A stretch of 64,000 bases of DNA from the human T2T-CHM13v2.0 reference genome, Homo sapiens: assembly GCF_009914755.1 (NCBI RefSeq), contig NC_060926.1. One strand, 5' to 3'. Below are positions 55,506 through 64,000 of the stretch, one piece after another. The position numbers were made by a program, and so were the translations under genes. The notes beneath the pieces are model-generated. The model was not told the DNA's origin, made no database searches, and saw only the letters and a list, made by a program, of their open reading frames with translations. Every line of letters starts with the position of its first letter. The stretch's first letter is position 1.

Positions 55506-55625
55506 GGTCATTGCAGAGTGGTCCACTGAAGGAAGTCATACTACAGTCACAGCTGAAGCCATCCCATTGTTGCAAGCACACACCTTGATTGGAACATGAG
55601 TCCTCTTGGCAGGTTGTGCTGGGCC
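55506..55625 (-). CDS. NRXN1: Neurexin-1-alpha coding exon (120 nt), third EGF-like domain
   Basis: Minus strand reads ttgttttgcAG|GGCCCAGC...AATGACC|GTaagta. It translates (G)[39 protein letters not shown](P), a six-cysteine EGF pattern. Phase 1-1. Confidence 0.98.
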
Positions 55626-56521
55626 CTGCAAAACAATCCAAAGGAAACTTGGGTTCTTTAAAAGAATCCAAAAGCATTTTATACATGAGCTAGATCACAT
55701 GTAGTAGTTGCCAACACCACAGATGATATGTCCAAACTAGTTTTGAAAGTTCTAGTTCACACACCTGAATTAGGAACTGAGAGGCTGTAATATGAAGGTT
55801 TTCTTAAGTTTCAAGTATAGGATAAAATACATTATAATCATAAACTAAACCAACAAATAGCAAAAACAAGCACATAGCTTCTAGTATGATTATTGTAGCA
55901 GGTAATCTCATTCCAACTTCAATAATTCTTTATCACTATTTTGATTTTAGAAAATGAATGGATCTCCTTAACATTCTGACCAATGAATAGAGACATAATG
56001 AGAAATGGAGATTATAACTTCATGAAATTGAGATAAGATTGGCAAAATAACTGAAGAGAGTTATGCAAAAATGCCCTAGAGGTTTCCGAAGGATAAAGTT
56101 ATGATTGCTGGGTGTTTTGAATAGGTATGTTGGCAAGTATCAATTCACATGCTTTAACAATTTCATGCAATTAAACATAAAATTAAAAACTCCATATAAA
56201 TGGCATGCCCTCAATAAACATACAAGTAAAAAGAATGCTAGTCTATTTCTAAAGAATCATAACTAGAACACTGAAAAACAAAGAACTAAAAAAAGCATGA
56301 TCAAAGCACTAAAGGCAATCACTATACAAACATATTCAAGACTGAAAGCCTTTATACAAACTATGCTACAAAGTTAGGCTTCTTGCACAACGTTCAAGAA
56401 AGGAAAAGAATGAAATCTGAACCCAAATAAGTTACTGCAGAAATGTAAAATATGTTATTTTAGGGTTTCCACTGTGTATTATGGGGTTTCAGTCTTGTTA
56501 TATACACACAGGGCTATCTAC

Positions 56522-56548
56522 CTTGCAAGTCAGCTTTCATCAATGCAA
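56522..56548 (-). CDS. NRXN1: NRXN1 alternative 27-nt microexon (splice site SS6), inserting VALMKADLQ between LNS5 and EGF3
   Basis: Minus strand reads ttttttttattttgctgacaaAG|TTGCATTGATGAAAGCTGACTTGCAAG|GTagat. It is 27 nt, phase 1-1, and joined to the upstream exon's terminal G gives V-A-L-M-K-A-D-L-Q, the known neurexin SS6 insert. A perfect TACTAAC branch point lies upstream. Confidence 0.93.
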
Positions 56549-56596
56549 CTTTGTCAGCAAAATAAAAAAAAAAGCAAAATATATTAAATGTTAGTA
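56549..56596 (-). promoter_or_regulatory. Branch point, polypyrimidine tract and 3' splice site of the SS6 microexon
   Basis: TACTAAC at 56596-56590 (minus strand), a U-rich tract, TGC just upstream of the AG, and no intervening AG. Confidence 0.8.
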
Positions 56597-57711
56597 AGCA
56601 ATACTGAAATGGGGCAAACACAGAAGAATGTTCAGATTCAAAAGGCATGCTGCTGTAAAGAGGGAGAAAAATGCTATGTAGAGCAAACAAATTAATACTA
56701 ACAGCCATAAATCTTAAGAGAAGCCAAAAATGAGAAAGCAGAAATTTATTAGAATTTAATTGTACATATGTATATATATAATGGTTAATTGAGCCAATGA
56801 CATGTAATGAAGGAAAATTAAAAGGGCCTTTGTATGTTTCCTCTCTTGGATAGATATGAATGCATTACCAAAGTATCTGTGTTGCTTATTTGGAACATGC
56901 AGCACCATTCATCATGTGCAGATACAGTGTAGACTATGATCAGTAGCAAAGCAATTATCCCTTTCTATGTTTTTCCCTCTAGATCCTTTATCTTTCTGTT
57001 GCAATTAAGGCTTCAAACCGTAATGCCAGCCATTCATTGACAACAGCTGGACTTTAGAGTGACACCAACCAAATGCTGCATAAATGATACTGTATATCAT
57101 TTAGAGTGGATGAAAGAAGTAGGAAGGATGGAAGAAATAAACTGCAATATAATCCGTCATAAAGGAATTTTCTGAATAAAATTTCCATGTGCAGCGTTTA
57201 TCCTTGAACTTACCAGATTGGGTATATGACACTTATGAATTTCAGAGTTACGTCTGTATTTTCTACACTTTCACAATTATTTTCAACTCTTATAAACTTC
57301 CCTGTGGAATAACTGTTACAGTAAAACCTCACTAATAAGAACCTATCTTAGAGGAGGGTGAAAAGGGAATACAGTCTACCTAAATAGCTTTAGAGTATAA
57401 ACTAAATATATTTTCTAGTAAATAAACATATAGGTTTTATAAAAATAGAAAAAAAGACAACAGCTAATTAGATGCTATTAATGTAAAAGAGAGAGCCTCT
57501 GAGGTGCCTGCTTTAGTGAATAAATTAGAATTTTCTGTAATTATATTTTGTATAAATAGATGATTTTGAAAATGGCTTCTAAACATGTACCTTACAATCA
57601 CATTTGTATTATAAATTTTTAGTAAAGATACTCTTTATTGAATGTTATTGAATTTAGCCTAGCCTCTGAGAATTCACAAATTCAGAAACCATGATATTGT
57701 AAATCTTAATT

Positions 57712-57960
57712 CTGTAATAATAATAATAATAACAGCAATAATTGTAACAATAATAAAAACAAAAATAGTAGTTTATATAAGTAGTAATATAATAAGAAGA
57801 CCTCCCAAATCCAGGAAACCTGAAGAGAGTAACAGTTGTTTTTTTCAACTTAGTTATTTGTAATAAAGAACTAAGAACTAACAAAGAACTAAGAACTAAC
57901 AAAGAACTAAGAACCACTAAACTCAACTTAGTTCTTTGTAGTAAAGAAATAAGAACCACT
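57712..57960. repeat. (TAA)n-rich tract followed by an 18-bp minisatellite (AAAGAACTAAGAACTAAC) of about 3 copies
   Basis: Directly visible; units start at about 57865, 57883 and 57901. Confidence 0.9.
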
Positions 57961-58749
57961 TAATTGCTTAGTTTTAATTTTTGTTCCAAACTGTGAGAGG
58001 GAAGTGGTCTACTGATCCTTATCCCATGGCATTAGAGATCAAAAATAATTAGCATATTTTTAAAAATAAAATCTCTCAAAGCAATATTCCTTAGCATATT
58101 TCTTCCAGTGTTAAGCAAATAAACAGGGAGTAATACAAGCCCAGTTTGGGGAGATGCCATTTTATCAAATAGCTATTTGCTCTCTGACCTGCACAGCAGA
58201 AGAAAAGGTCAGAAGCAAGAACTAATGAAGATCCAGATTTTGGTTTTTGTTTTTTCAAAAATTATCAGAAATGCAATTGAGAAACAATGCTAAACTCTAA
58301 AAATAGTAAAACTACAATCTTAGAAAAATAATCTGCCCATATTGTAGAGCAGCAACTCAGAGTACCTGCCAAGCTTCTATGTAAGCATACAGACGTGCTG
58401 TATTTTATTTTCATTATCACAATAGTCTTTATATTCAGGAATTACAAGACAATGCATGCCTTTGCCTGACAAGACACATTTTTCAAAGTACTCACCTTCT
58501 AGACAATACTTAAACATTGACAGTTATTACACAAGAGAGAGCCTTAAATTTATTTTTCTTTTTAGTTATGTAATATTATCTTTATTTTATCACTGAATAA
58601 AATTAGGAAAAAGCTACAAGGACATTTGTATTAAGTTATTATTTAAATTAATAATATGTCTAAAAGGGAAAGAAAAATGAAGATAAAACTACAATTTCCA
58701 GAAACAAAAGAAATGATACACAAAAGAGGTTAGGTGTCTCTGCTTTCAA

Positions 58750-58950
58750 GTAAGGTAAACTTGAGTTTGAAACTTGTGTCATCCACTTACTAGGTGTGGG
58801 ACTTTAGGAATGTCACCTTACTTTTCTGAGGTTCAATTTACTCATTAAAAAAAGGCAATGATACCTATTGTATAGAGTCTTGATGATTTAATGAGATAGT
58901 ATAGGTAAACATATTCCCACCAGTGTTTAATCAATGATAGCTGTCACGAT
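58750..58950 (+). mobile_element. MIR
   Basis: gagtttgaaa...ccacttactaggtgtgggacttt...ttctgaggttcaatttactcat...atgatacct...gatttaatgagat. Confidence 0.7.
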
Positions 58951-59124
58951 TAAACAGAAAATTATTCCTGTAGATATAATGGAGCCTAGAGCTGAATGTT
59001 ACAGTTGTACAAAAAGAGCATCTATTAAAATTTCACTCTGATTTTATGTAGAGATATTATCTTGACTTTAGTGGGCCTGCTTATTGGTTGAATTCCAGTG
59101 CCCATTTTCTGCTACATAAACAGA

Positions 59125-59312
59125 AAAAAGCCATCCAAAGTATGGTCTCCAGTATAACAGCATCAGCATCACTTGGGAACTTGTTAGAAATGGAAATTCT
59201 AGGGCTCTATCTCAGATCTATTGAATTAGAAACCCTGGGGGTTGTAATCTAGTGATTTGGGTTTTAATGATTCTGTAAGTGATTCTGATATAGGCTAACA
59301 TTCAGGAGACAA
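59125..59312. mobile_element. MER5A-like DNA transposon relic
   Basis: caaagtatggtc...cagcatcagcatcacttgggaacttgttagaaatg...tgaattagaaaccctggggg...gtgattctgat. Confidence 0.82.
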
Positions 59313-61148
59313 TAATCTAAGTAGACTTCGACGGGTTAAAATCCGTACTCTAGCTGAGGTGAATTTTATAAATAAAATGAACCATTACTCCCTGAAATAA
59401 ATTAGAAATAAAAGGCAACAAGTGATTATTTAGGAAAGATCAAAAGTTTTTTGTATGCAAGAGGCTTAGAGGTGTGTGGGTGTATTGGATAGGAACAATG
59501 GAAACTCCTCACAAGATATTATTAGGTTATACCAAACATATGCTAAGTAGTCCTATCAATATGGAGCCTAAGTGATTCCAGTGTGGTTTGGATTCAAATT
59601 CCATGACATAACAATCTTTAGAAAGAGAATTTATTAGGTATCTACAGTTAAAACACTAATCCTAAAAAATATGTGAATCTCATCAACTGTACCTGTAACA
59701 GGTAAATCTAAGATTATTCCTAGAAACTATACAGGTCAGAAATAATAGTAAATTAAAAGTTGTTCACCTTGATGTTGGAATGAAAGAATCAGGACAGAAA
59801 GTAATATTCTAAGAGTAAAGAAAAAAAGGGGTGTGAGGGTATGAAAATTATAAAAGCTCAGATATATAAAGCATTCTAGATAAGGAAAGAACCAATGCCA
59901 TAAGTGACTGGGTTCAAATGTTCAAATAATAGTTTAATGTGTAACTAATCATCTTAACCAAATTCCTTACTAGATTATGTGGGTAAACAACACCAAACAT
60001 CATTACTGCAAATGCCCTTTGTTAGTATATCCTGCTCCTCTTAATCTACTTGCTTCCGCCCACTCACTCACATTACATACCAGTGGTGGGGGTCCTGTGT
60101 GTTTGCCTCTTATTTTCTATCTCATTGGGTATATCTGCCTGCTCTCACCATTTCTTGTAGGTGAGAAGTCACATACCAAACAACTTGTAGAAAGGCCTAT
60201 TTTTAACAAATATGTTCCATAAGGGATTGTAATACCTTTCTTTAAAAAATAAAATAAAATAAAGGTACACATTCTCACTAATGAGATCACCTCCAAGAAT
60301 TATTATGTTGTATCACATTCTTGTGTTCATCCACTAATGGGAATTGATCCCCTTAACAATTTTGTCTCTCTTAATTAAAATTAACTGAAAGGGAAAAAAA
60401 CATAGTTTCCTTATGTTTTACAGAGGCATTATGCCAAAATATCAAATAAAGAAATATACTAATAACATTAAAAATGAACTCAACAACACCTTCCATTACT
60501 AACCTTATCCTCTAGTATTACTGAAATACAGTTTAAATTTCACCTAACATTTCATGGAAACATATGCTGCACAGAGGAAAAAAATGTATTTTCAAATATA
60601 AAATTTCCATGTACTTAAGTAATTGCTAAATATAACGACATTATTTTGGCTGAGAATAAATGATTCATAATCACCTGGGGGACAGGAATTCAAATTTCTT
60701 TCTTCTTCTCTCATATAAAACATCCTCATCCTCATAAATCTAAAATTTTCAAAATGGCCCAAACTGTGTTCAGTATTACAGGAGAGGCAGCAACACATGC
60801 AGAGCCACAAAATTCATGATAATGTGATTAAATTACATTTATGGAGGAAGAATTTGCTCAAATAATCTGAGGTGTTGAAGTGAAAATTATCTAAAATGAA
60901 AGTGGCAATCAAAAAGTACTCCTACAGATCTTGGTCTGATAGAGAGCACAAAAGAAAAGAAGATACTTCAGTGCATTTCTGATATAGGAATATTAGCCTG
61001 GGGTGATACAAGAAACTTGTTTTTGCTAAAACAGACTGAAAATATACAGGATACAGTGTTTCTGCCAGGTACACACCAATTGAATAGTGCTTTGAGAATG
61101 GGGTATCTGAACTTTTTTCTTTTGTTATATGCTATTGGATATAGATTT

Positions 61149-61664
61149 ACTTATTTTTATTTTACTTTTTTTTTAATTTCAGTAGCTTTAGGTGTACAAG
61201 TGGTTTTCGGTTACATGGATGAACTATATAGTCGTGAAGTCTAACATTTCAGTGAACCTGTCACTCAAGTCTTGTACGTTGTACCCAATAGGTGTTTTTT
61301 CATCATTCAATCCCCTTCCCACGATTCCAGCTTCTGAGCCTCCAATGTCCCTTATACCATGCTGTATGCTTTTGTGCACCCATAGTGCAGCTCCCACTTA
61401 TAAGTGAGTAACATGAAGCATTTGGTTTTCCATTCCTGAGTCACTTCACTTAGAATATTGGCCTCCAGTTCCATCCAAGTTGCTACAAAAGACATTATTT
61501 TGTTCTTTTTATGGCTAAGTAGTATTCTGTGGAATATACATACCACATTTTCTTTATCCACTCATTGGCTTTTGGGCACTTAGGTAGATTCCATATACCT
61601 GTAATTATGCATTGCGCAGTGATAAATATATGTTTGCAGATGTCTTTCTGACATAGTGACTTCT
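61149..61664 (-). mobile_element. 5'-truncated L1PB1-like 3' end
   Basis: Poly-T, then gtacaagtggttttcggttacatggatgaa...gctcccacttataagtgag...ttccattcctgagtcacttcacttagaat. Confidence 0.88.
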
Positions 61665-61666
61665 CT

Positions 61667-61959
61667 CACTATCCTTCACAAACTAATGCAGGAACAGAAA
61701 ACCAAATACTGCCTGTTCTCACCTATAAATGAGAGCTAAATGATGAGAACACATGAACACATAGAGGGGATCAACAGACACTGGGGCCTACTGGAGGGTG
61801 GGGAGTGTAAGGATGGAGAGGATCAGGAAAAATAACTAATGCGTACTAGGCTTAATACTTGAGTGGCAAAATCATCTGTACAAAAAACCCCTATGACACA
61901 AGTTGACCTACATAACAAACCTGCACATGTACCCCCTGGACTTAAAATTAAAACAAAAA
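61667..61959 (+). mobile_element. 5'-truncated L1PA13-like 3' end
   Basis: aaactaatgcaggaacagaaaaccaaatac...gagaggatcaggaaaaataactaat...tactaggcttaatac...aacaaacctgcacatgtacccc. Confidence 0.88.
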
Positions 61960-62362
61960 GAATGTAGATTTTTAAAAAATGGGCACAAGTTGATTAATAC
62001 TCGGTGGAGCAGTATTTGTTTAATGCTATAAAGCAAGCATCGTAGAACTGATTAACAAACTAATCAAATGTACTACATAGCTCAAAAACAAAAACAAAAA
62101 CAAAAACAAAAGCAAAAGCAGACAAAAAAAAACAAGATCCATAGATATACCTCCCATTTTACATTGGGCATTAATGTAGGCTTGCAAACAGTACAGAAAA
62201 TTTAAGGTTTATGAGATAAAAAATTAAAAACATGAATAAGGATGTCTAAGCCCAAATTGGGTATTTGACCAGTTATCAGAATTTTGCTGGACAGTGAGAT
62301 TCACTCTCAGTTAGACAGGTGGAATTAGAATTATTTAGAGCATGATGACAAAAATCTAATAC

Positions 62363-62536
62363 CTTCACATCCTCTCTCGATCTGTCCGTTGCAGAAAAGA
62401 GCATCGGAGATGAGGTCCGGAAGCCGTCCATTTAAATCAACTGATGCCAGGCAGCCTTGAAAGCCTTCTTTGGCATGTACAAGTTTTGGTAAGGATTTGT
62501 ATGTTTCTTTAGCTACTCCTCCTATATATAAGTCAC
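62363..62536 (-). CDS. NRXN1: Neurexin-1-alpha coding exon (174 nt), C-terminal part of laminin-G/LNS5 domain
   Basis: Minus strand reads cttcttgcAG|GTGACTTATAT...TGTGAAG|GTattag. It translates (G)[57 protein letters not shown], recognisable NRXN1 sequence with the LNS motifs LYIGG and GFQGC. Phase 1-1. Confidence 0.98.
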
Positions 62537-62779
62537 CTGCAAGAAGATCAAAGTCTTTGTTACAAAAGTACCATGTCATTGACTTTAAACACACAGTAGG
62601 ATGGAGAAAAAACAGGGAGGTTTATTTTTCATTAAGTTAATAAAAAATTAATTTATGACTAGCTGTTTTCCCCAAAGTGCTAAACAATAGAGACGTTTGA
62701 ATAATATACTGGCACTAGGAGACATTTCTAAAAGCTATTTCCATAGACAACTAAAGTAATTCCATATTATGTGGTCAAA

Positions 62780-62860
62780 TTGAAGGAATGTGGGCTAGCT
62801 ATAGAGATGCATACCCTTGCGTGGAAATCCAGGCCTGGTTATTTGCAAGCCCTACAGCCT

Positions 62861-62898
<38 letters not shown>

Positions 62899-63050
62899 AG
62901 TTTCTCTGATTATTAGTATCATTGTTTCTAAAATGGGAACAATAAAAACCTATGCCAGAGGGTTTCATGATGATTAAATGAGATGAAATATATCAAGCAT
63001 CCACAAGAGCAAAAGTATAAAGTGGACACACAGTCAACAGGCATTATTAT
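62780..63050 (+). mobile_element. MIR interrupted by a (TG)n(TA)n microsatellite (62862-62898)
   Basis: aaatccaggc...ccttg-(TG)n...ctaaaatgggaacaataaaaacctat...gattaaatgagatgaaatatat. Confidence 0.65.
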
Positions 63051-64000
63051 TAAATTCACCTTCTGCTTAGAGATCTCTGTGTCTTCCATTTCATCAGAAG
63101 TTCAGTAAATTTCTTCTTGTATCTAAAGTCACTTCTATACTAGGCTGAAGCCCACTATCCTTGCTTGCACCTCTCTTGTTCGATAATTCACATAATAGTC
63201 TGTACATAAGTGGATATTGCATCCTTCTTGAGGTATTTCTGTTTTTAGGTAAAATTACACTACTTTCAATTTTTAGGCTGCTCTGAAATCCGTTAACAAA
63301 TTTTCAACTTATTTTTCTAATTTTATTGCAGTTTCTAATGGAAGACATTGCTTAGCTTTGTTTAACTTTTTCTCTCTAGGTTTGAGATTCCCCAACTTTA
63401 TGGACTATTACTTAAAAAAAAAAAGAGATTACAATCTATGTTGGATTCTGTTTCTTTTTCTATTTCAGATTATTTACCATATCTGGATAATATTCAATAA
63501 ACATAACTAACTGACTTTAGTAAACATTTAATCAATGTGGAACATAAGGAAGGTGAGCTCAAAATTCAGTAATATGCTGCTATAGCTCCAGTCTACAAGT
63601 TCTGTAACATACTCTTTTTATCTACTTCTTCAACTTTCATTTTCATTTGAACTTTCTTTCTCATGTTAACCATTCTATTCAACTTGATGTCACTTGGCAC
63701 ATTTTCCCCAGTGTAACACAAAAATCCTGCAATCTTACTGTTCACCTGGGTCCTTCTGTGTTGTCTTCACGAGACTTGGGAACAAGGAGAACTGATACAC
63801 AGACTGCTGAGCTGTGAGTAACAAATTCCTTGGTCTCCCATCCAGAAATATTCTGTCTTCTGCAGGCACCCATTAAACAGTAATAAGCTAACCTATTAAT
63901 TTGTATGTAGGGTAAAATCAAACCACAGATATAACACTCTTGAACTGTACTCATGAATAAATTGAAATAGAGGAATCATGTGGCATACTCAAAGTCATTC

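Noticed and set aside
57865-57920. Short direct repeats as a CRISPR-like array, or ACTAAC repeats as QKI sites
   Set aside because: No unique spacers and a eukaryotic intron context; the ACTAAC words are on the strand opposite to the NRXN1 transcript.

Overview
This is AT-rich, repeat-laden hominoid (human-like) genomic DNA, not a prokaryotic locus. It lies inside the neurexin-1 gene (NRXN1, alpha isoform), which is transcribed on the minus strand. Three coding exons are visible, all GT-AG bounded and phase 1-1: a 174-nt exon ending the LNS5 domain (62363-62536), the 27-nt alternative SS6 microexon encoding VALMKADLQ (56522-56548), and the 120-nt third-EGF-domain exon (55506-55625). Positions 1-55505 belong to the very long intron that follows. 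The intronic DNA holds a full-length SVA with a target-site duplication (TSD), eight Alus, several 5'-truncated, inverted or nested L1s, a solo THE1 LTR, MER3/MER5/MER58/MER96B-type DNA transposon relics, MIR/L2 relics and simple repeats. Nearly all ORFs in the supplied track are repeat-derived or chance. I cannot support a wholly new biological system. The best leads are splicing-level: a candidate in-frame 45/39-nt cryptic exon with its 5' splice site in a hairpin loop (38874-38918), a candidate 3-nt microexon or recursive splice site (58496-58498), and the regulatory architecture around SS6. There are also several unusual retrotransposon structures. Repeat subfamily names come from recalled consensus features and need RepeatMasker/Dfam confirmation.
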